Below the pieces are notes generated by a model that saw nothing but the letters and a program-made list of their open reading frames with translations, had not been told where the DNA came from and ran no database searches. The position numbers and the translations under genes are program-made. From assembly GCA_032718475.1 (NCBI GenBank), contig JAUCBJ010000812.1, forward strand, positions 11,959-75,958: a stretch of 64,000 nt of DNA, in the 5' to 3' direction. This DNA is from Nemertoderma westbladi. Taxonomy: Eukaryota > Animalia > Xenacoelomorpha. This document shows, piece by piece, positions 27,608 to 40,124 of this stretch (position 1 is the first letter of the stretch; the number at the start of each line of letters is the position of its first letter).

Positions 27608-28510
27608 GCCAAACTTTAAGTCATTCATCAAAAACTATCTCGTTACCGGTACTGTAACTTGCGGTACTGGTTCTGTGATTTTAAATTAATAAAACTTCAA
27701 AACTTAAAAATAAAACTTCATATTCGATTTATATAAAGTACCTGTATTTCACTTTCAATGTCTCGTTACATATTTCACTCGCTTAGCTCGTTCGTGGAAA
27801 TATTCCTACCCGAGCTGGCGTGAAATACATTGCTACTTTATTTAAATAGAATAAATAGAATATATAGTCACTTATTTACACCATTGGGTGTAAAGGCCAC
27901 TAAAAAGTGCACTGTTCAGCTTTTATAACCTTTATATATATTTATGTAAACCTGCCTCGCTGCGCTCACTCGTTAGATATTATATACACTCGTGTCATAA
28001 CGCTGAAAAGGGCTACTTTTCACACAATGATGTATAAAGTTATATTGTTGAATAAACTTACTGTAGAATAACAACTTGTAATATGACTCTATACCATCAC
28101 TAAAATACAAATTACAAATCTCAGAGGCAATTATTGTAGGTTTTCATGCCCAAAGGGTATTGAGTAGAAAGCAATGCAAACTGCATGGCCTTGGTATTTG
28201 TATATGCCGTAGTGTATATTATCAATGGTATACTATTTCAAACTTTCTTCCTATCAAACTGTAGGTGCATTCAGTGGTGAACAAGGAACTAATGGCTGCC
28301 AAGGGAACAACGTTCACTCCGCAAGATAATTAGGTAAGCGGGGCATTATATACCATACAAGCGAAAATCTTATACGGCTTCAAAAGCCTTAATCCAAGGA
28401 CGCCAGCTCTCTACCGCTAATTATCTTTCATATCGGAAAAGCCTTGTGTAATACTCTGTGACGGATACCCAACTCGTTTGTGTTTTGTGTAAAATGTATA
28501 AACCAACACG

Positions 28511-29780
28511 AAGTGGGGCCTTCGCGCAGCACGTGAAATGAGTTAATGCTAAGTATCAACTCGAAAGGATTATAAAAACATAGGAGAAGATTTTCCCGGA
28601 AAACGTTAACCCTCTAGCGGGAGACTGGGTAACTGAAGAAGGAAGGATTAGTTTCCCTACAAAGCCACATCCTATGGTCTATTACATATCTACCAAGTTT
28701 CCGATTGACGGATCATAAATAACGAAATGTTGGAAGGTTTTCACTTTCATACATTTAGCCCTCTAGCGGCATATTAAAGAACTACGGATCGATCACCTTC
28801 CTCACAAAGACGAGGCATGTGGTCTAGTACATACCGGTACTGTATATTCCAAAATTCAGCTTAAATAGATTAAGATCAAGGAATTCGCAAAGGTTATCAC
28901 TTTCCTACATGTCGCCCTCTAGCGGCAGACTCGAAAACTCCGGACCGATTACTGTCCACACAAAGACTTAGGATGTCTTCTAGTACATAAATGACAAGTT
29001 TCAGCGTAATCAGATCATAAACAACTAAATGGAAGAATAATTTCACATTCGGGACATTTCGCCCTCTAGCGGCAGACTGGAGAACTGCAGACAGATTAGC
29101 CTCCTTTGAAATTTACAGCTAATGGTCTAGTACATACTTCCCAAGTTTCAGCTTAAACGGATTAAAAGCAAAGAAATGGGTGGCCATTTAATGTTTAGAC
29201 ATGTGGCCCTCTAGCGGGAGACTGGAAAACTTCGGACCGATTACAATCCACACAAAGACTCAGGATGTCATCTAGTACATATATGACAAGTTTCAGCGTA
29301 ATCAGATCATAAACAACTAAATGGAAGAATAATTTCACATTCGGGACATTTCGCCCTCTAGCGGCAGACTGGAGAACTGCAGACAGATTAGCCTCCTTTG
29401 AAATTTACAGCTAATGGTCTAGTACATACTTCCCAAGTTTCAGCTTAAACGGCTTAAAAGCAAAGAAATGGGTGGCCATTTAATGTTTAGACATGTGGCC
29501 CTCTAGCGGGAGACCATTGCACTGATGGTGTCTGAAAGTCTCTCAAAAATCTCAACTTTTGCTCATATTGATACCTACAAATTTTCAACTTGGCAGCTTT
29601 AAATCCGACAAAGTTATTAGCATGTCAAAATCGTAACGACGACGACAACGACGACGACGACAACGACGACGACGACAACGACGACGAAGACGACGACGAC
29701 AACTATTTGCATAAATTGACCCACCCCCTAACAGTGTCAATTCGCTAAGGCTCCGCCAACTTCGTGGCTCGCCCCACTTT
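28511..29780 (+). mobile_element. Helentron/HINE-like element with central ~146-bp tandem repeats and a (CGA)n microsatellite
   Basis: AAGTGGGG...CCCCACTT ends, a 3' stem-loop, seven internal repeats each with CCCTCTAGCGG, and (CGA/CAA)n at 29635-29702. Confidence 0.7.
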
Positions 29781-31515
29781 GTAATTATATATAACATCAA
29801 AGTGGGCAGGAGAAAGGGGATTGCTTGATTGGAACGCCTCAACTCGATTGTATGACAGGACTTCAGTTCTGAAACATACATTAAAGCATTACTAATTTAT
29901 TTCCGGCTTTGTGAATTAAACCCCTTGTCACATAGACATTTTCAACTCAGAGTTTATCCTTCTAAATCTTGGATTACTTTACTATAATTTCTCGCTTCTC
30001 TATACTCCATAATTTAATGCAAGTCATCCAAAAGAAATCGATTTTTCCCTTCTTTCATCTTAAATAACATAATTTGTTTTTTTTTCGGCTAAGAATGTCT
30101 AGTTCAATTTTACATAACAGCGTCTTAGTGATGAGAGCGAAACAGTAATCGAGCTTAACATGCGAGTACCGCTATTGAAATAGTTGTCTTTCGGTCGGTC
30201 TATGTGACTGACCGTCTCTCTGCTTGTCGGTCTGTCTATCTCGCGGTCTGTTTTATGGCTAATATCTGAAGGCTAATAACTTAGATATATAAAATTAAGT
30301 TGTAAGATTATTGTTTATTTAATATACTATTATAGTTACAGTGTTCCAGCAACTCACTTTATCTGCATATTTTTTGACTAGCGAATTTCTTCTCTATTGT
30401 AAAGTGAACCAGCCACACCCTACGTGTTAATCTTTAGGATTTAACAAAGAAATCGTCAAAAGACTAAAGGTATTTTTTAAATTCCTTTGTTATCTTATTT
30501 TTCTTGACTCTTGAATTCATGTATTTTCGCGAACTATCTTATTCATTCGCGCCTACTTGCCAAACATGTTTGTATCCATCGAATAATCAACTTATGCCTT
30601 CGTACAAAATAGTGAATCAATCTACTGTATGATAGCAAATTTACAGTATCCTATATACATGCGAACGTTTCTATACTAAATATGTAATTTGGATGTTTGA
30701 CTAGAGGATTTATTGTTTGAGTAAAATTGCAATAATACACAGTTTGAAACAAAGTGTAAGATATGATTCATTTGATATATGATTGGCATTCTAGTGAAAA
30801 ACTTTAAAATATTGGAAAAATGAATAACTTTTTGCAAAATGTGGTTAATATTTACATTTAATAAGATACACAAAACAATAAATCATTCGACTTGCTTTGA
30901 CGCAGATCATAAACCGCTCGATCTTAATAAAAAATACAATCGGCTAAATAAATTTAGCAAAGTGAATTAGCTGAAATGCAACCCAATCAATTTAACCTGC
31001 GTGAGTCACGTGGACACAATCAATCCGTCCAACGCCGGTATATCAGGAAGTTATCACGCTTGAGAGAAAAACCGGAATAATTTTACTTTCACATTGGGAT
31101 TACTGTTGTGTTGTAATTACGCCGCTCCATACAGTATCTCATCTCAGCTACGGAAAGTCAGAGTTCTCTCTTGCCTTATAAAAAGCTAAAGCGAAATGAT
31201 TAACCAGAGCCCATAACACCAAGAGTAATTGCACAGAAATCCCTCGCGCTAACAATCAAACTGCTAATCAAGAAGCTTCCTACCACTCACTCACCCTGCG
31301 GGCCAACACTTAACTAACAACGTCCACCCCTCCTGCGCGATTCGGTACCGGTACCGCAATCACACACCCAGGGGCTTCATTCACTCTCTCAAGATTAATT
31401 TGGACGCGCCTCTTTCGAGATTAGGTGTCAAAAATATTGCTGAAAGTAATTGTTATTGAAATCTTCTATAACATATTGTAGTGTACGTACAGTATACTGT
31501 ATGTGGACTTAAATA

Positions 31516-33480
31516 GAGACAGGGGGGGGGGGGGGGGGGGACTGGACGCAAATCCCATCTTGGCGAAATAATATCCCGCCTCAATGTTAAATTCTCAATT
31601 TAGGGAAAGGAGCAGGTTACAGTGGCACGTTATTTTAACCAAAACAATAAACTAAACATAATAGGACAGGAAACAGTTATATTTTTGAGAGTAATCAATT
31701 CCCCTGGAGAGGGATGCAATTTCATTGTGTCCAGATTCCCCCGTATCTGACAATCACAGATGACAACTAATGATCAAATATTAAAATGTAAGCCTACAGT
31801 GTAACTTGTGCCCTTGAATCGCGATTTCGTTATAATAGTCTCTGTCACAGTAATCTGGTCCTTGACCTTTATTAACCGTTGTCGTATGTCGGTTGTCAGC
31901 TGTCGGTTGTCAGCTGTCGGTTGTCTGCTGTCGGCGTAGCGTTTTAAACACGGCGTTTTGGGCTTTGGTCGAAATTAATATTATAGAAATGGCATTATCT
32001 GTTGCACCGAACTGAACGAACAATAAATGTGTGTTAGAAAATATACTTACTGTGTACTTCCATTTCCCCCTTATTAAGTATTTTATACCGCTTGTTTCTA
32101 ACTCAAAAACTGGTACAGTTACAAATTAATTTATTGTTTTGGTTATATTCCGGTCAGCCCTTCTGCAACCTGGGTTTCAGTGAAAATCTGGTATTTTTCG
32201 TATGGTGGTAAACTGCAAAGTGAAATATAACAGCAGAAAGTCTGGTTCACATGGGAATTTATAGGCCTACTTACTGTAGGGTTGGCAGATAACTGCGAGC
32301 GAAACGACATTATTCCAACGTCATAAAACATGGACGAGGATGTATTATACTGTAATAGTCAGATAGGGGGGAAACTGGACGCAATAAAAATTAATCCCTC
32401 TCCAGGGGAATTGATTACTCTCAAAAATAAAACTGTAACCTGTTCTATAAACTTTCGTTTATTGTTTTGATTAAAATAACGTGCCATTGTAACCTGCTCC
32501 TTTCCCTAAATTGAGGATTTAACATTGAGACGGAATATTAATTCGCGAAAATAAAATTATTTGCGTCCAGTCCCCCCACCCCCCCCCCCCCCCCCACCCC
32601 CCACCAATATCTCGAAACAGTAGGCCTAGTTGCGGGATTTTTTTTATTACTTACAGTCCTGTAGTTTGAGCAGGTTGAGTGGACATAATATTGATTTCAT
32701 CACCCACTAAAAATATGCAATACAATAAAAATTTGGTATTTAGCTATGCATGAACGATACCATTATTATCAAGAGACAATATATTTGCTATACAGTACCT
32801 TCCTACTACTGTATAACCTCGTAAAAATCTAATTTACGATTTTATTAAATGATATTGGATCAGTGCCTCTAGTATGTACCAGTAGAGGTTATTCTTTATG
32901 TGTAGGGAGTACTTGCTTGCATAGGGAATGGCAATCTCCATGCACTATCCACTCCTTTTGTGCTTCTTCTGAGTTTAGGCCTAGTAATGTTACTCCTACT
33001 GTAATGTAGATGTACAGCATATACAGTACAAGGCCTGACTGAGATGGTCATATTATATTTACCCAGGGAACTAATTTATTAGCTATTGTTATGAGTTAAT
33101 TAAATTCATTGTGTGTTGTTCCGCTCCAGCCTTCTCTCAGCAGTGCAGATTCATCGTTATTAGTGCACACCGAGTGCGCCCCTACTAAAATTACTGAGTG
33201 GCATGAGAAAGGGAAGCCCAATAATAATTCATTATTTATTATCAATTTCCGAGCATTGATGCGGAGAAGTTTTAAAACACTCGAATTAAATAGGTTTTCT
33301 GAAGAAAATTAATTTATTGTACAGTATTTACTTTTTCTCATATGTGCGTGTAGAATAATGTACTGTGGGTAGCTAGAACGCAACTAATACTAGGCAAAGT
33401 ATATTTTATTTAAATCTAGTCTCTTAACGCAATCATAATCCATTAATCTCCTCAGGATAATAGACCCAAATAAGAAAAAG
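31516..33480 (+). repeat. Left arm of a ~2-kb inverted duplication (partner 59520-61833)
   Basis: Reverse-complement similarity throughout; ORF 33109-33312(+) is nearly identical to 60241-60444(-). Confidence 0.9.
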
Positions 33481-34459
33481 CTATTATCCCGCGAGAGCTG
33501 GCAATAATGGACGGAGCCATTGCTACCAATATTCTTGTAATAAATAACGCGCCTATGCAGGGCAGTCTAATACTGTAAGTAATAACGAATGAGAACCCAA
33601 TAGTTGTCATTGTCAATGTGGAGCAGACAGCTCTCTCAATTACACTGCTACATACTTACCTCCACACTGAAGCTCCAATAGGATGTTGTCTTGGCAACGA
33701 TATTCTGGGCTTTGCTAGCCTGTGTGTTATTTTTCAGTAGTATATTTTCTATGTTAAATAAACACTGTTTGCAAGAAATGTATCTTCTCCTACAATAATT
33801 CTAAACGAAATAAAGCGAAATTTTGCAGAAAGCATGTTCAATAGATGATCCCTCCCTATGGTGTGTCGACAGAATTTTGATTGAGTGAATTCTACGATTA
33901 TGATCGGTCATTCTAGAATTAATTTCTCTGTTGCTAGGCAACCAACAGGTCCCTCGCAACCAAAACCTTGCATACACAATTAGGTCCGATAATGAACCTA
34001 TTATCAAAGTTTCATCCAATTCCATCAACATTACATAAGTGCAAGAAGTTGTGTGTACAAACAAACAAACACGCGTGAGAAGAAAAGACATCCATTCTGT
34101 TTGATGCGTCCAATTTATTACTCTCGAAAATGACACTGTAATCTGTGTTATTGACTCTCTTTTATTAATTTGGTTAGAGTAACTATAGAATGCCATTGTA
34201 ATCTGTTTATTTATTTCAATTGATAAGTATCATCTTGCTAATTAATAATTGTTAGTTTGTGAATGGGGTATTAATTCATAGAGGATACGTGATTAGCCAG
34301 AAGTGCAAAATGCCTACAGTATATTATTCCTGCGGAATCTGAAGTCATATTTTATTTATATTGCAGGCCTACAGTCACGCCACAAATATGTTTTCTCGAA
34401 ATATACATACGTCGTACAATTATTATTAAATACTGTATGTACGCAATTGCGGGAGGTGG

Positions 34460-35679
34460 ATGCAGGGCGCTCAATATTCTATATGTTCACAAACATCCAC
34501 AGATTGGAATTCCATACCGAATTCGAACTGGTATTGTAATGCTGTTGGAATAATGCAATCCGAATCAGTACGCTTAAAGCCTTTGACTCCGTCTCCCGAC
34601 CACGTATGTTCAGCATACTGGCAGCATATGGGAATCCTGAGGAAATTATTGCAGCTATCAGACCAATGAACGATGGTTCCACCACATTTGTGTCTACTGC
34701 TGTTGGTGACACAGATCCATTCCAAGTCTTATGCGGAATCCTTCCAGGTTACACACTTGCACCATTCATATTCGTAATTGTGGTTGCTTATGTTCTACGA
34801 GGTCCTTGGACCATCGTAATAACGATGGGGTGATGGTATGGTACCCCCTACTGGCACAAGAATTAGAGGAAATCCAGCAAAGTACCTTACTGATCCAGAC
34901 TTTGCTGATGACTTAGGGATACTATCAGAATCTCTCCCTCTAGAGCGAGTCCAAAGGATCCTCTCTCATTGGAGCAGGTTGCTTCTAGTGTTGGTCTTTT
35001 CGTAAATTCAAATAAGACCAAAATCATGACAGTCAACCTAGACAGCCCTCAAGAAATGTCTGATCGTAAGGGCAAAGCTCTAAGGACGGCTTGCTTGAGC
35101 ACGTAGATGATTTTTGGTACTTGGGTTCATGGATCAGAAAGTCAAGTAAAGACCTTTGGATACGTAAGGGGAAGGGGATGGGCAGCATTAAATAGTCAGT
35201 CCACGACTTGGACGTCTCATAGAATATAACGGAACCTTAAGGTTCGATTATTTATGGCAGCTGTAGCACCAGTACTATTATATGGGAGTCGATGCTGGGC
35301 TCTAACTGCAGAGGATACTAAATCTCTGGATGGCACATTCAGAACAATGCTGAGCCAGGTTCATTGTGTCAAGTACAATGAACACATCTCCAACCAGACA
35401 CTATATAACATCGGAGGTCTCTCATTGGTTCCCCAAAGCTTGACACTAGAACAAAGTCGCTTCCGCTTTGCAGGACATTGCTTTCGTCGTGAGGACCAGC
35501 CAGTGCATAATCTTGTGCTTTGGCAGCCTCATGGAGTGCATTCTGGACAGCCCATGACTTTCTTGAGACGCATCTTAAAGGACACTGGCCTTGAAGATGC
35601 GGATGATCTAGCAAATGTCATGGGTGATAGGGAGTTGCGGCGGAACAATTTTGTCGACAAGCCGGCACAGTATTCTTAA
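34460..35679 (+). pseudogene. Degenerate non-LTR retrotransposon RT/C-terminus (RTE-like LINE relic)
   Basis: Frameshifted motifs GILPGYTLAPFIFVIVVAYVLR (cf. GVLQGDTLAP), DFADDL, NSNKTKIM, YLGSWI, VLLYGSRCW, RFAGHCFR. Confidence 0.85.
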
Positions 35680-36625
35680 AAATGCAGCTGCAATGCAGTA
35701 TGTATATCCTAGTAGTACTAATTCGATTTCTAAACCAACCGTACACAAGTTAGTTTCTATTGACGGCATTAATTCAGACTCGACTGGCACTGTATGCGGC
35801 ACCCTACCATGATGCACCAATTGAAGCATCTGAAGGGGGCAACGTTGATATCCCATGTACTACAGTCAAGTCTAGAGATAAAGCAAATCTAACTGCAAAT
35901 ATGGGTCAAGTTCATATTAAAGATCACATTTTGAGACGATTTGAAAGTAAACACAGCTGTGGTATTGTTAAAATAGTGGAGGAATATGAGTGTGTACATC
36001 TTCCTTCAGTAAAAGATCAACTACCAATGGTGGTGCTGGGTTAACAGCAGGGGAGTTTATTGTCAAGGGAAATTATATTATTGCTGATTATAATGGTTAT
36101 GCATTAGGAGTGTAAGGTAACATGACTGTTGAAGCAAAATATGATGAAAATGATGATGATGATGATGATGAAAAAATGGTGCTGAGCACATGAGGAACAG
36201 CAACAGTCAAACAACATCATTCATGCTTAACCCACTGGATGTGAGTTTGCGTATCAAAAAATCAAATCAATTTAAACTCTATAATTAGCATAAATAATAC
36301 TATCACTTCTAGCCATGACACTGTTTCACAGACTTCAACTCAATATCACAACCAAGATACTTCAGTTGGATTAAATTTGACCATAAATGCAAAGAAAGCA
36401 GTGCTTGTTGCAGCAAATATTGATGCTGGATAGATAGGAGGAAATATTGAAAATTTACAAGTTATTTCAAGACAAGGTGAAATTAGCTGGAATGAAATTA
36501 GCTGGACTATTGGAAATAGTGTAACTGTTGTTTCTGGTGTCCCAGTACCTTATCCTACAAAGTGTGGGTACAGCAATGCGAGGTGCAAGGCAAAGGTTGT
36601 ACAAAAAGCATCTTCATTAAATAGT

Positions 36626-38083
36626 ATGAGAGGTATATTAGCGACCGAGTTCAAAGCTAAGGAACTGGAATTAATCGGTGCCAGTATAACATCTGATGGT
36701 GGAATTGAACATTTTGCTGATACAGTTAAAGGAGCAGACCTGAGAAATGAGATGATAACCGGTTCAGATGGTTTTGATCTTGAGGTGAGTAAAGCAGGAA
36801 ACAGTGGTAAATTTGGATATCATATGATGGATGATGAACTGGTCACTGTCAATAAAGCAAGTATCATTTCCAAAACAGGAGCACAATCTAATAACTAAGA
36901 AGACAGAATTAATACTGCAGCATATAGAAAAGTAGAGGAGATATCAAGAAAAACGAAGCAGCATGGAATAACGCTAAGTATCTCAGAACAAGGAGGTGAG
37001 ATGTCTATAAAAACAAATAAAATTGATATCGGAATTCAAGCTAATGAAAGGGGTGTAGGAGGAAACCTTCGAATTCAAAACAAAGGTATAGATTGGCATG
37101 CTGGAGAGGATGGCACATGCATTAATGTCAGAGCTGGAAGTAAAGAATTTCTTATTTCAGCCAATGAACAAAATACTAGTGCTAATCTTAGTAATGGGGT
37201 TAGCAAAGTTGGATTTTCTGGAGGAAAAGATGGTATATCAACTAATATTGAACATAGAGGCATTAAATTGTCTGATGTTAAAGAAAATTTATCACGAATA
37301 TTTGCACGAGATGATAACCAAATTGGTTTTTCTGGTGGAAAGAATGATTTCAAAGCAGATGGAAAAAGTGGAGAAACTAAATTTGGTGCGTCTGGTGGAT
37401 AATAAGATGTATCAGGAATAGTTACACAAGGAGATCACAAAGTTAATTATACTATTGGAAAGAAAGAATTCGGAGGAGATGGGCAAAGTGGAGAAACTAT
37501 ATTTGTTGTATCTGGTGGAAAATAAGGTATATCAGGAACATTTGTAAAAGATGGAAACCAAGTTGATCTTAGTGTTGGAAAGATAGAATTCAAAGCAGGA
37601 TGTGCAAAGTGGAAAAACTAAATTTGGTTTTTCTGGTGATAAAGAAGGTATATCAGGAACATATGTAAAAGATAATAATAATAATATTGGTTATTTATAT
37701 AGCGCTTTTCTACGCTCAGCATACTTTTTTAAGCGCTTTTATTATCATTACCCAGGCAAAGCCAGGTTCCCATTATACCGCTGGGTTGACGAATGCAACA
37801 CTAATGTCTAAAGTATCTTGCCTAGGGACGAAATTTCTACAGCCTTTATTCGGATTCGTACCTGCGCCACCAAACACTATTGTGTAAGCAGTTCTGGCGC
37901 CGTATCCACTCGGACACTGCGACATCAGATGGTAACCAAGTTGATCTTAGTGTTGGAAAGGAAGAATTCAAAGCAGATGTGCTAAATGGAAAAACTACAT
38001 TTGGTTTGCCTGGTGATAAAGAAGGTATATCAAGAATATTTGCACAAAGTTATCACAAAGTCGATCCTTCTGGTGGTGATTAA
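36626..38083 (+). pseudogene. Disrupted ORF of unknown function with ~40-aa Gly-rich tandem repeats
   Basis: Consecutive + strand ORFs with coding-like composition; recurring unit ~NQVDLSVGKxEFKADxxSGKTKFGFSGDKEGISxxF; in-frame stops and a SINE insertion. Confidence 0.5.
37674..37926 (-). mobile_element. tRNA-derived SINE
   Basis: On the minus strand: A-box-like AGTGTCCGAGTGG, B-box-like GGTACGAATCC, and a tail GCGCTATATAAAT..(ATT)n. It interrupts a 120-bp repeat unit with AGAT duplicated on both sides. Confidence 0.8.
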
Positions 38084-38654
38084 ATAACAAGCAGTGATTT
38101 AAGTATAATTATTCAGAAAATGTTCATGTAGAGAATTATTGTATGTATCAGTAATATTTTTTATACTGTCAACAGTTTAATATTTTAAATACTTTCAAAA
38201 ATGTTAAATAACAATGGTTAGATATCTGAGCTAATATTGAACTCATTTATTGTTAATGTGACAATAACGTAGCGTAATGTAAGTTAAGGAGATGTAACTT
38301 AAAGTCACTGTGAAATATATATCATGAAACAACATACATTGAATTTTTGACATTTACATTTACTTTAAGATTTTTATAAAATATATTATTATTGTATAGG
38401 ACCGCTTATATTGTATACATTTTTATTCATGAAATTTAATTACATTTCTAAATTAACAAGATAATTACTATTTATTGTTACTATTTACTGTATTAATTAA
38501 TCATTGCTTGCATCTTTACTCTTGTATATCTTCATTGTTTCTGTTTCATTACCTTCTGTTTATATATAATCATCTTATTTATGTACTGTATTTATTTATA
38601 ATGACAACGACCAATCATGTTCTCTACAAACAGTACTTACCTGATATACATTAC

Positions 38655-38938
38655 CGGTATATACTTTACTTACATCATATATATACTTTACTTATACCAT
38701 ATATATACTTTACTTATACCATATATATACTTTACTTATACCATATATATACTTTACTTATACCATATATATACTTTACTTATACCATATATATACTTTA
38801 CTTATACCATATATATACTTTACTTATACCATATATATACTTTACTTATACCATATATATACTTTACTTATACCATATATATACTTTACTTATACCATAT
38901 ATATACTTTACTTATACCATATATATACTTTACTTATA
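38655..38938. repeat. 22-bp minisatellite (CTTTACTTATACCATATATATA)n, left part
   Basis: Read directly; continues at 57675 on the other side of copy B. Confidence 0.95.
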
Positions 38939-40113
38939 TGTAAAAGCTTTTGCGTAATTAACCGGTTATTTCCCCTTAAAGTACTCTGTAGTTGGTTTAC
39001 CAGGCATAAAAAGGCCGTGTCCTTACTGTACTGGTGTTTTAGAGGACATAAAAGTCATTTCTTCTGTATTTGTACTTTAGAGGACATAATCCGCAATCTC
39101 GTGACGCGATAAGCTAGATACTCTTGAAAACAGTGTCGCTACCATGACGACGGCTAACAGCTGATATTGCCACGTCGACATTTCTTTGTTTCTTTGTTCT
39201 CTCGTTGTTCGGTTGACCAATCAGAGCGTTTTTTGACTCTGTGTTGGAGTTGGATACAGAAACTCAGTAGTTCAGTGTGTTATGTTTTGCCCAGAGCCTA
39301 AGAACACCGGCTTTTGGCACCTCCGTGTTTCAGTCTTTAGTCTTACATTAGTAGGCTTAATTATAGAACGTATATCTGTTATCAAACCAATTCAATGCAA
39401 TTCATACTAACTATGCAATTCATATCTTACTTACTTGCCATATCTTACTAATATTACTGCTTTTACTGTCGGTTATTCATTATATTGGTTGATGAAATAT
39501 TATATCGGAATACTGATCAATAGTCAGACACCCCACCTTCTTGATATACTAAAGGTTAGAGAGACCGGTTACAGATAAACGATTGCGACCTATGTTAAGT
39601 GGTTTGAAGTGAATCTAATGCTATTTTATAGGCCCGACATAAATTGTATGTTGCTCTCTTTATACGTGACCAAATTTAGTGAAGGTCGGCAGATTAGTGT
39701 GCAGTATTGTGCAGCATTGTGTATGATTGTAACTGATAACAAAGCATCTCCTAAAGAATGCGCCATATACGTGAATCTATAGCCTTTTCGTTGTGTCTAG
39801 TTTAAGTCATAACTCTGTTTATATATTTAGAGCGCCACGTCCTAATGGAACTGTTAATATTTCCCGAAAGTAAATAATATTTGTCAGAGATTATATATTA
39901 CAATCAGTCGAATAATACGGTAGGCTTACACCATCAATCATTAAGCTTCCGAATTCAGTCTCCCGGGTATATCCAACGGGTGAATGATTGCGCATAGACT
40001 GGCTTCGGCTAATGTAGTGTATCAAATACTCGTCATAGGCTAAAGACTATATATCATCTAAAAGACATCCTAATTTGGCAGGTTAAACTGTCAAGGTCTT
40101 AAAAGCGCAAACA
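38939..40113 (+). repeat. 5' LTR of copy B
   Basis: Matches 56500-57674; I could spot only about four substitutions by eye. Confidence 0.97.
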
Positions 40114-40124
40114 ATAACAGATAT
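40114..40124 (+). other. Non-tRNA primer-binding site of copy B (ATAACAGATAT)
   Basis: Abuts the LTR end; perfect 11-nt complement of ATATCTGTTAT at 39372-39382 in the LTR. Confidence 0.65.

Noticed and set aside
38475-38957. Tyr/Ile-rich ORFs
   Set aside because: Translations of the 22-bp minisatellite.
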